A stretch of DNA of 32,000 bases. Source: an uncultured Bacilli bacterium (GTDB lineage: Bacteria; Bacillota_I; Bacilli_A; RF39; UBA660). The DNA is taken from the NCBI GenBank assembly GCA_947628345.1, contig CANQZM010000006.1, forward strand, positions 1-32,000. Reading direction: 5' to 3'. Below the pieces are notes generated by a model. The model made no database searches and was not told the origin of the DNA. It worked only from the letters and a program-made list of their open reading frames with translations. This document shows positions 16,785-25,800 of this stretch, piece after piece. Position 1 is the stretch's first letter. Each line of letters opens with the position of its first letter. The translations under genes were made by a program, and so were the position numbers.

Positions 16785-17777
16785 TTACCTTTTACCAAAA
16801 ATACCAAATATTTTATTACCTTCACTTTTTCTAGCGGCAGTATTATCAATTAATCCCAACCTATACAATAAATCATGTAACATTGGATTTTTGGCTCTTT
16901 CATCTAATGCAGGAATACTGTAAAAGAATTTTACAGATGCTTCATATTCCAATTCATTGATATCTTTATTAGATAACATACATTTATTTAGCACTATTTT
17001 TTTATTTTGTAGTTTTTCAAAGACTGTGCGATTGGTTTTTACTAACTTATTTAACATGACTGTGCTAGGTTCAAGTAAATATAAAATTTCATCACACATA
17101 GTATCTGTTTTACAATTATTTAAATCAATAATTACTACTATAGGATGATCTAACCCTGCTATTTTTTTCATTAACTCGCTTTCATTAACTGAAAACATAT
17201 TTTTGTCATTGAAATATACAAAATCCTTTTTATTTACTTCAATTGCATATACTGAGTTACCATAAATATCTGTTAATTCTTTTTTTAACATATATGATAA
17301 AGTAGTTGCCCCAGCATGTTCAGTAACATTTTTTATTCCTAGAATTTTATTACTTCTACCAGCGCCACTTACCCTATTACTGATTTCTGCAGATGCATTA
17401 TTAAGTTGTTGAATTTTTTCTACATCTTTATAAGTATTAGGCTTTTCAATTAATTGTTTTATAGCATTTATATTATTAGTAAAATTATAAATACCCATTG
17501 ATACCAAATTAGATAAATAATTACCTGAAGTACATACTTCATCAGTAAGTACTAGAATTAATTTACTTTCTCCCAGTCCTATAGCAAGTTGCTTTATATT
17601 TTGTATATCTTTATAATTTTTTATAGCTGTAATATCTAAAATCATTCTATCAAAAAAGAAGTCTTTGAATATCGCAACTAATTCATTAACTTCAAATTCA
17701 CCAGTGACATCTTTTATAACTTCGATATCAAGATTAGATAATGAATCTTTTCTTTCATTAGCTACTACAACATTCAA
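16785..17777 (-). CDS. TadZ/CpaE-like protein: receiver-like N-domain plus ParA/MinD-like domain with a degenerate Walker A
   Basis: 330 aa. TTG start with RBS AAGGAG 8 nt upstream. The segment ILGIKNVTEHAGATTLSYML sits where the deviant Walker A (KGGxGK[ST]) would be. Hydrophobic beta-strand patterns such as VVIIDLN are ParA-like. Confidence 0.4.
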   Translation of the reverse strand: MNVVVANERKDSLSNLDIEVIKDVTGEFEVNELVAIFKDFFFDRMILDITAIKNYKDIQNIKQLAIGLGESKLILVLTDEVCTSGNYLSNLVSMGIYNFTNNINAIKQLIEKPNTYKDVEKIQQLNNASAEISNRVSGAGRSNKILGIKNVTEHAGATTLSYMLKKELTDIYGNSVYAIEVNKKDFVYFNDKNMFSVNESELMKKIAGLDHPIVVIIDLNNCKTDTMCDEILYLLEPSTVMLNKLVKTNRTVFEKLQNKKIVLNKCMLSNKDINELEYEASVKFFYSIPALDERAKNPMLHDLLYRLGLIDNTAARKSEGNKIFGIFGKR

Positions 17778-17790
17778 AATATCAACTCCT

Positions 17791-18267
17791 TTAATGTGAT
17801 TTTATAGCTTTAGTTGTTCCATTAACTTGAAAAATTTTCATGTTAGGTATAAATTTATTAAGTAGAGGAATATCAATATTAACAGCTGTAGTTACTGTAT
17901 AGTATTTTACTGGTAATTCTCCAGTACTACGATTTTGTTCTACAACACAAAATCCCAAAGTATTGTCACAATATGGATCACTACAACTTATTCCTGTAGA
18001 ACCATTACATTCAGCAGGAACATCTGCATTTAATTGAGTACTTAAACTATAACCGATTGATTTCCTATATCCATCAATAGTTTTTGTTAATACACTGTTG
18101 GATTCTCCAACACCTACTCCTTCATACTGCTCAATCAAATTAATTATTTTATTTTTGTATCTAAAGGCTTTATTATAGTTTGCCGCAAAAGCTAAATAAC
18201 CATTTACAATCACGATAAATACCACAATAAACCCAATATTGACTATTCCACCTAACGCATCACGCAT
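17791..18267 (-). CDS. pilin-like (TadE/minor-pilin-like) N-anchored protein with a 4-Cys C-terminal region
   Basis: 158 aa. A short basic leader MRDALGG precedes the hydrophobic helix IVNIGFIVVFIVIV. The Cys cluster is CNGSTGISCSDPYCDNTLGFC. It lies directly downstream of the Flp-like ORF. Confidence 0.4.
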   Translation of the reverse strand: MRDALGGIVNIGFIVVFIVIVNGYLAFAANYNKAFRYKNKIINLIEQYEGVGVGESNSVLTKTIDGYRKSIGYSLSTQLNADVPAECNGSTGISCSDPYCDNTLGFCVVEQNRSTGELPVKYYTVTTAVNIDIPLLNKFIPNMKIFQVNGTTKAIKSH

Positions 18268-18313
18268 ACTTAATCACACCCTATGAAACTATAATTTTGT
18301 ACTTTTTAAAGTA

Positions 18314-18466
18314 TTATTTAGGCTTACCTTGACTAATAGAATTCCATTGTTGATTAATTGATGTCTTGATATTTGGCCACATAAATGTCAAAAAGAATGC
18401 ACTAACTGCGGCGATAGCTATCAATGTAATAACCGTTAAATTTAATTCTCCTGATGCTGCCTTCAT
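18314..18466 (-). CDS. Flp-like small pilin candidate (50 aa), absent from the ORF track
   Basis: Hand translation gives MKAASGELNLTVITLIAIAAVSAFFLTFMWPNIKTSINQQWNSISQGKPK. It has a short basic leader ending in Gly, a ~22-aa hydrophobic helix and a short polar tail. RBS AAAGGAAG. It sits between the TadC and pilin-like genes behind a strong promoter. Confidence 0.5.
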   Translation of the reverse strand: MKAASGELNLTVITLIAIAAVSAFFLTFMWPNIKTSINQQWNSISQGKPK

Positions 18467-18501
18467 ATACAATATACACTTCCTTTCATCTTATATAAAT
18501 T

Positions 18502-18530
18502 ATTATACCAATTTTTTTTAATTTTAACAA
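18502..18530 (-). promoter_or_regulatory. strong sigma-A-like promoter for the Flp-like ORF (-35 TTGTTA, 17-nt spacer, extended -10 TGgTATAAT)
   Basis: Minus strand reads TTGTTA (18530-18525), AAATTAAAAAAAATTGG, TATAAT (18507-18502), with TG at 18510-18509. Confidence 0.55.
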
Positions 18531-18554
18531 TATAGTTTTTGTATATAATTTTTA

Positions 18555-19340
18555 TTATGATAAATTAAACATACCCATCATTGAAATTAAGACTATAACC
18601 ATAACCGAAATACCTGTTACAACAAGCATAATCATTGTTAAACTTTCCATATGTCCTAAACGTTCTTTATATTTAATTTCACGAGCTTTATTTTGTAAAT
18701 TTGACACCGTTCTAGAAAACATCATTAAACGTTCTTGTTTATTTTCTTGAGAACCAATACCTAAACGATAAAGTAATCTCATCATTCGCATTGAATCTCG
18801 AACTGGATAAGTATTAGAAAATTCCATATAAGGATCAATACTAGAATCACCAGCATTAACTCTTTCTACAATTTTTCTTAATCCAGGTTTAAAAATTTCT
18901 GGAGCATCATCAATTGATTTACCAATGGCAACAGGAACAGTATAATGCTGTATCAAAATTTCTAAGCTCTTTAAATAATATGGCAACATAATGTCAATTT
19001 CATGTAAATGAGCTTTATAATACTGTTGTAATTGTAAATATGGTAATTTAAAAACTCCAAACATTATAGCTATAGTAATAACAATATTTATTAAGGAAAT
19101 ATCACCTAAAATGAGTATTAAGAAAATAAATCCAACTATCAACCCTGTTGTTATTCTTTTTCTAAATAATAAATCTGGTACTACATCCTCTCCATAACGA
19201 GCATATAATAAGAAATCATAGTCTTCTTCTCTTAAAACTTGAAAATATTTTTCATTATCAATCAAAAATTTTTTACCATCAACTGTTTTATTATAAAATA
19301 ATATAAAAACTATAATGGCACAAACTATAATAATTTCCAT
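18555..19340 (-). CDS. tadC: TadC-like platform protein (T2SS-F / GspF family)
   Basis: 261 aa. TM helices flank a helical cytoplasmic domain (YLKSLEILIQHYTVPVAIGKSIDDAPEIFKPGLRKIVERVNAG...), with a C-terminal TM. It is coupled to TadB by a TAATG overlap. Confidence 0.65.
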   Translation of the reverse strand: MEIIIVCAIIVFILFYNKTVDGKKFLIDNEKYFQVLREEDYDFLLYARYGEDVVPDLLFRKRITTGLIVGFIFLILILGDISLINIVITIAIMFGVFKLPYLQLQQYYKAHLHEIDIMLPYYLKSLEILIQHYTVPVAIGKSIDDAPEIFKPGLRKIVERVNAGDSSIDPYMEFSNTYPVRDSMRMMRLLYRLGIGSQENKQERLMMFSRTVSNLQNKAREIKYKERLGHMESLTMIMLVVTGISVMVIVLISMMGMFNLS

Positions 19341-20233
19341 TACTCAGCCCCCACATTCTCATTATAATATTTTTCTCCTCTCATGAGAAAGATACTATTA
19401 ACTATTGCTGCTCCATGCATCAATATTTTAACTATTGGCTTTTCTAAAAGGAGCAAATATGATTCTCTTCCTAATAAAAGTTGAGTTAACATTAATAAAA
19501 AATATAACATTATTCCAAATTGTAGGAATTGTTTATGGAAAGTTGCTCTATCTTGTCTATCACGATAAACACTTTCTACTAACATATCAATATCTTGTTG
19601 CATATTTTCCAAACTATCTGCTGAATTTCTCGCACCTTCTTTTGTAATTTGTAAAAATAATTGATGCATATTTTTAACAATATAATATGGATATAAATTA
19701 GACATATATTTTAGAGCCTCATCAATTGTTCCATTTTGGTAAGATAACTCTATCATATGATTAACATCAGTTTTTACGGGATCTTCTAAAACACCTGAAT
19801 CTCTAACTCCTTCAATTGATTTTACAAATGACTGAGTTGTTGCAAATTCCATAATAGTGTTTGAGGTATATACTTGAACTTGTTCAAAAATAAATTCACT
19901 GTAAATTCTTTTACATCTTAAATATGATAGATAAGGAATTACCATAATAACTGCAACGACATAAATTACACTAATTACAACATTATAGAAATACAAATAA
20001 CTAATTACTGCGGTAAAAGTAGAAAATACAGCTACTTGAATAGCGTATTGTCTCACAGTATACTCTTTTCCCAATTGCTTTGTCTTTTCTCTAACTACTT
20101 TAAATGAATAAGGAGCAAATTTTTCATAGACAGTTCCGACTTTATCAGTAATAAATTTACCTACATTTTGTCCTTCGTAACTACGATATAAAATTACTAC
20201 TCCTGTTATAAGTAGTAGAAGAATCAATTCCAT
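19340..20233 (-). CDS. tadB: TadB-like platform protein (T2SS-F / GspF family)
   Basis: 297 aa with the same architecture. It has an N-terminal TM, an internal TM pair, the helical domain (FVKSIEGVRDSGVLEDP...IDEALKYMSNLYP...ITKEGARNSADSLENM) and C-terminal TM helices. Confidence 0.65.
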   Translation of the reverse strand: MELILLLLITGVVILYRSYEGQNVGKFITDKVGTVYEKFAPYSFKVVREKTKQLGKEYTVRQYAIQVAVFSTFTAVISYLYFYNVVISVIYVVAVIMVIPYLSYLRCKRIYSEFIFEQVQVYTSNTIMEFATTQSFVKSIEGVRDSGVLEDPVKTDVNHMIELSYQNGTIDEALKYMSNLYPYYIVKNMHQLFLQITKEGARNSADSLENMQQDIDMLVESVYRDRQDRATFHKQFLQFGIMLYFLLMLTQLLLGRESYLLLLEKPIVKILMHGAAIVNSIFLMRGEKYYNENVGAE

Positions 20234-20248
20234 AACTAATCACCCCTT

Positions 20249-21553
20249 TTACTGATTGGTTTGATTTGGTGTAGCCATAGCTACATTAACCATATTGTTA
20301 GATACATTTTGTACTCCTCCCAATGCTGAATTTGCAGAAATAGGAGATTGAATTGTACTAATATTTGGTACATTCACTGTTTGAACAGGAGTTGCAACTG
20401 GCATTGCTACTTGTGTAGCAGGAGCTGGTTGAGAAACTGCCTGAGGTTGAGCAGCCTGAGCATTAGCCATGTTTGTATGTGTTGCCTGTTCTCCTTCTTT
20501 CATTTTACTAGTTATTGCATTTATATCAATATTTTGATTTTCCAAATATTCAATTAAATGAGCACTAGGTTTATTTTGCACAGGAGGTTTTCCAAATACT
20601 TTACGATAAATAGTATGTGACTGTGGATTATTATTATCATCCACATAAAATTCAACTACTTCATCTACTTCTCGATGAAATTTTCCATATTCTTTACTAT
20701 AATAAGCTTTAATATGTACCCCCAACTGAATATATCTATAAATAGTTGACAAAAATTGATTAACATCTAAATCAGTTTCCATCAAACTGTATAAACGATA
20801 TGGTATAGCACTGGCTTTATCCGCATGTATTGTGGATAAAATATTATGTCCTGATGAAATTGAATTACGAACCGCACTTACAGCTTCAGCACTACGAACT
20901 TCTGATAATAAAATCCACTTTGGATTTTGTCTCATACATGTAACTAAAACATCAGAATAACTAGCTACATTATTTGTTTTCATAGCTACAATATCTCGCT
21001 GTGGAAAAATTTTATCCAAGTGAAGTTCCAAAGTATCTTCAATGGTAATAACTTTTTCTGTTTCAATTGTATGACTAGCTAAATATTTAATAAATTCTGT
21101 TTTTCCTGAACCTGTTTCTCCAGCTACCATAATATTACAATGTCCTTCTACACACTTAATCAAAATATCATGAATATCAGCTGTAAAATAATCTTCTTGT
21201 AATAATTTATTTTTCTCTAATCTAATTTTTGCTGGTGTTTTACGAATAACACAGGCAATTCCGTTAGTAGCAATCGACTGATGAACGAAATTAAAACGTA
21301 ATTCAGCCGATTCGGCATCTAGAAAAGGTTTTGCATTATTAAAGGTAGTACCCATAACATTTGAACATTGAAAAGCAAGTTTTTCCATAAATTCTGGAGT
21401 TAGACCTGGAATTTCAATACGTTGAGAGCCTTGAGTTAAGGAACGAATCCAAATCTGACCACCATTACAAAATGAAATATCAGTAATATCATCATTATCT
21501 AGTAATGGTTTTAAAGGACCAAAATCAAGCTTATCAAAAACATTTTCTGTCAT
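20249..21553 (-). CDS. tadA: TadA/CpaF-type secretion ATPase (T2SS-E / VirB11 superfamily) with a Gln/Ala/Pro/Val-rich C-terminal tail
   Basis: 434 aa, RBS GGAGG. Walker A VAGETGSGKTEF, Walker B region ILLSEVRSAEA and His box GHNILSTIHA. Confidence 0.85.
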   Translation of the reverse strand: MTENVFDKLDFGPLKPLLDNDDITDISFCNGGQIWIRSLTQGSQRIEIPGLTPEFMEKLAFQCSNVMGTTFNNAKPFLDAESAELRFNFVHQSIATNGIACVIRKTPAKIRLEKNKLLQEDYFTADIHDILIKCVEGHCNIMVAGETGSGKTEFIKYLASHTIETEKVITIEDTLELHLDKIFPQRDIVAMKTNNVASYSDVLVTCMRQNPKWILLSEVRSAEAVSAVRNSISSGHNILSTIHADKASAIPYRLYSLMETDLDVNQFLSTIYRYIQLGVHIKAYYSKEYGKFHREVDEVVEFYVDDNNNPQSHTIYRKVFGKPPVQNKPSAHLIEYLENQNIDINAITSKMKEGEQATHTNMANAQAAQPQAVSQPAPATQVAMPVATPVQTVNVPNISTIQSPISANSALGGVQNVSNNMVNVAMATPNQTNQ

Positions 21554-21588
21554 AAACTGACTACCTCCTATTTATTCTTTGTTATATA

Positions 21589-22392
21589 TTATTCTGTCCA
21601 CTCTGTAACTCTATTAATAAAGTCTCTTAAATCATTACTACTTAATTTTAAATCCCCTGGTTTATCTTTTAAGCTTTCATCAGTTGGAACAGGGATTAAT
21701 TCAGAGTCATATGCTCTTAGGAAACCAGCCTTTTTAAGTAATATATAATAGTCAGATGGCACAGCAAAAATTATCATGCTAGGTTCTCCTTTTTCATTAA
21801 CATTGGCAAATACATTATTACCAGCACTATCTAATACAGCTAAAACTTCAACATTTTCAATTAGTTTACCAACCATTATTTTATCTGTTGTTGTAATTTG
21901 TTGTCCCTCTTCAATAGCATTCATAGCCTTCAAATAAATATCAATATAGTTACCTGGAACAATTGAATTACCATAAGTAGAATTAATATCTACTGATAAA
22001 TTATATAGTACATAACCATTTGGATAGTCATAAATAATCTTATCAGGTAATTGATCTTTTGTTACAACTACAGATTTATAAAACAAACTACCTGCTGGAA
22101 TAATTGTATCGGTTCTAGCAAATTTATCTAATACTTCACTTCTATTAGTATAAGCAGCTCCATCACTAACAGTTTCACTAGAAACATTTTTTTCATCAAT
22201 CATATCATCAGTAATCTGAGTTCCTGGTGATATATCTACTTTAGCATATGGAACTTTAATTGGAGTAATAGCTTTATTTACTCGTGAATTATAACCAAAG
22301 TACAAAACAAAGACAGCTGCTACAATTCCTAGAATTGTAACAGTGTTTTTGTTCGACAAAAATTTTTTTATACCAACACTCAAACTTCCCAT
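21589..22392 (-). CDS. CpaB/RcpC-like Flp pilus assembly protein (N-terminal TM plus SAF-like domain)
   Basis: 267 aa, RBS GGAGGAG. The TM helix is followed by IKVPYAKVDISPGTQITDDMI... and ...IIPAGSLFYKSVV, which matches the SAF/CpaB pattern. Confidence 0.55.
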   Translation of the reverse strand: MGSLSVGIKKFLSNKNTVTILGIVAAVFVLYFGYNSRVNKAITPIKVPYAKVDISPGTQITDDMIDEKNVSSETVSDGAAYTNRSEVLDKFARTDTIIPAGSLFYKSVVVTKDQLPDKIIYDYPNGYVLYNLSVDINSTYGNSIVPGNYIDIYLKAMNAIEEGQQITTTDKIMVGKLIENVEVLAVLDSAGNNVFANVNEKGEPSMIIFAVPSDYYILLKKAGFLRAYDSELIPVPTDESLKDKPGDLKLSSNDLRDFINRVTEWTE

Positions 22393-22409
22393 TTTACTCT
22401 CCTCCTAAC

Positions 22410-22853
22410 CTAGTTAGCTCTTATATCAGAAACAAGTTGTTCTGCTAATACATCTTTTTTGTTATTACTTTCGATAATCATATCCAATCTAGTAGTAATA
22501 TCTATATCTGATTCATAGAAAGTTTTACTAGTAGCACTTTTTACTTCTACACTAACTTTAGGTGGAATTTCGTTGACATCGTAGAAACTAATTTGATAGT
22601 ATCTACGATCATCAACGCTTCGTGCAAATCTTTTTAGAAAACTTTCTGCAAATTTTTCTTTATCCATTCTAATTACTGATTGCTCTCTATAATAACTTAA
22701 ATCAACTGCATCTTCTAAAGCTGCTTCTGTTGTCTCTTTTAATAGATAATAATCTAGTTCTTGACCCGTGGTATAATTTTGAATAACATTTATGACACCT
22801 AAAGCCATTAGGCTTAATAATATAATTCCTACTGTTAACATTGCTTTATTCAT
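22410..22853 (-). CDS. hypothetical N-anchored small protein
   Basis: 147 aa, RBS GGTGA. One N-terminal TM helix and no recognisable motif. It could be a VirB8-like or pseudopilin-like accessory protein. Confidence 0.3.
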   Translation of the reverse strand: MNKAMLTVGIILLSLMALGVINVIQNYTTGQELDYYLLKETTEAALEDAVDLSYYREQSVIRMDKEKFAESFLKRFARSVDDRRYYQISFYDVNEIPPKVSVEVKSATSKTFYESDIDITTRLDMIIESNNKKDVLAEQLVSDIRAN

Positions 22854-22864
22854 ATATTCATCAC

Positions 22865-25800
22865 CTACTTAATATTATTCTTTCCACGATTATTTCTAAA
22901 TTTATCAGTGGTAATCGTTCCTATACTTGCAAAATTATCCTGACTCATGGACCTATCATACATATTATAAGCATATAATCCAGGAATAATCTCTTTATCG
23001 ACTTCAAATTTACCACCGAATTCTAAGCTAAGTGCTTTTAAGTCATTAATATCATCGGTATCTAAAATAATTCTGAAATCTAAATTTTCATCAGTATAGG
23101 TTCCTGATTCTCCCTTACCATAACAGTCTGGACAATCAGCAGAGTTTGGTATTATAGATCTTGAGTAATCAACTGGATCAACATCATAGCCACTAGCTTT
23201 TAATTTTGTAGCTACTACCTCATCATTAGGTGCAGATAATTTAGCAGAACTTCCCCAGTTATAACCACGTAATCGGTTATTAGGGAACATATTATCAAGT
23301 GAAACAACTCTTATATCGTAGTTCAAAACCGTAGAAATATCATTTCCATCTTGTTTATCAGTATCTGAAGGGCAATCTTCTCTATTACCTTCATCCCCAC
23401 GATAGCAATTTGGACCGTCTGTTGTTTTATTATAAACAGAATAGAAACAACTTAAATTTATATGCCAATTATATTTACCAAATCCCTTAGTATTTGTTCC
23501 TAAATTAGCATCTATTGTAGCACCAGTACTACTAGGAGTAAAATCAGTTGGATACTTATCGGCAGCATACTTATCAACAACTGCCCAATCCCACCATTTT
23601 TTATTAACTTCTGCAGCATCATAAGTAGTACAAACAAATTGACTTTTATTTCTATAACCATCTTTTTTACATTCATAAGATAACTCACCAGTTTTTAAAT
23701 TAATTAAAGTACCAGGGAAAGTTATAGTTGTTTGATAATCAATTGGATTACCACCTAAATCTTTAATATTATTATCATCATAACATTGTCCAAAAATACC
23801 TTCTTCAGATGGATCATTTTCAAATGCAGGTATGAACATTGAAGGTTTAGGTCCATCTTGGTTAGTAATGTCACACATATTAGAATCATCTGAACCTGTA
23901 TTTTTATGTAAATCTGTATGTCCTGTGGAACTTTGACTATTACCATTTTGACTATTTATCTTAATATCAAAATTAGTAGTTGTTTCTGTTGTATCACAAG
24001 CACTTGAAGTTTTACATTTTTGTAAAGCATCATTTATATTTTTAAGACTAGCTTTAACTCCTTTAGTATATTGTTTACTAGTTAATGCATCATCTTTATC
24101 ACAACCATAGAATGAACAACTCATAGTACATTGCCAAGAATTAATTTTTGATCTTTGAGTCTTTATTCCATTATCACTTATATAATATTTTCTATTCTCA
24201 CGTCCATTAGCTACAAAGAATCCTTTAATTAAATCTTTAGTGGTTTCAACATCACGAACATAAAATGGTGCAGCACGAGCTATTTGCATACCAATATCTT
24301 CTACTTCGTTAGCTTTATCTTTTGCTTTTGTAACGCCATCATCCATTTTCCAAGTACATTCACCATCCTCAGTACAATTGAAATGACCCATTGGGTATAA
24401 AGTTTTTGCTTTATAATAAAATTCTGCACATTTTTCTATGTCTGCATCTTCCACAAATCCCCCATTTCGATATATATCACTATTTTCACATATATTATTC
24501 TTATAATAATTTTCATAATTTTTTTCAACTAAATCCTTTTTTGCTTTTACTGTTAACTTAACAATACTACTATTACTATTATCATATATAACAGGTGTTG
24601 TTATAGTGTTCTGAGTTTTTTTAGTACTTGCTGTTTTAGATGTATCATATTTATCTTTATATACTTTGTCATAACATTTATTAATACATTTTTGACTATA
24701 TTGTCCATTATCACAGGAATTTACACAATTATCAAAATCTTGTGAAGGCCCTGCTTGGGTTTTTTGTTTATTGTCTTCACATGCAGGCATTGCAGAACAC
24801 ATATCTCGCTTATTCAAAACATCATTTAATTTATTAAGAATTTGTTCAGTATTATAGTCAACACCACACTCTACTTTACTTTTTACAGTTACTCGATATT
24901 GAAAACATAATCCTGCTTTTACAGTCTGAGGAGGACTATATACTACTGTCAAATGTTCATAACAAGTAGAGTCACAAACCTTTACTGTATCAAGCTTTTC
25001 AACTTGATCTGTATCTTCATTCCATCCTACTAATTTAGCAGACTGTGAACTGGTTTCAGCATATAAATAACTTTTTTGTCCAGAACCAGCTTTATATTTT
25101 CCAGTATGATTAACTGTGTCGTATTCCATATTAGCACTATCATATTCACAATATAATTTTTGATCTCTTACATTAACACTATTAGCAGTTTTTCCTTCTG
25201 TTTTAGAAGAATCTGTAGAATTATAAATATAATAATCATCAACTTGATTTTTTAATGCATTCATTGAAGCTGTAACCGCAGCAACACTAGTTCCTGTAGA
25301 ACCATTTCTAATACGATAGTACATTTCCAATAAAGCATCAGACACTTTTTCAATTTCGTCATCATCTAAATTAAATGGAACTTCTTTATCTTCACAATAA
25401 TGTAAAATTCTACTATAATAATCAGAAATCCATGTATCTTTAACAGCTTGAGATTCATTTTTTACTGAAAACTGGGGATTTGATGAATGTATACCCTCAT
25501 ATGCATTGCTACATTTTTCTCCTTTATGCTCTCTATTTTTATAATTAGTTAAAATAGTTCCACTTTCAGCACCAGGATTTTGAATAAATGCACTTGCGGC
25601 TGTACCTGTTAATTCTATATCATAAGCAGTACTATTTACTCTAACTATATCACCTGCTTCACATTTAACTTTCTTATTATTTTTATTGATGAGCTCATAA
25701 TTCTGATCCTGTAAAACTATAACAATAATTTCTTTTCCTGGATCTAACTCATAAAAATAATCATCGTCCTTTAATATTTCATTCTTTACTCTAGCACCAG

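Noticed and set aside
18555-21553. Alternative reading of the ATPase and platform genes as a ComG-type competence pseudopilus or a type IVa pilus.
   Set aside because: ComG and type IVa systems use one ~340-400-aa platform protein with two GspF repeats and prepilins with the G-F-T-L-x-E motif. Here there are two separate half-size platform proteins, a CpaB-like and a TadZ-like gene, and no G-F-T-L-x-E protein. That pattern fits Tad better.
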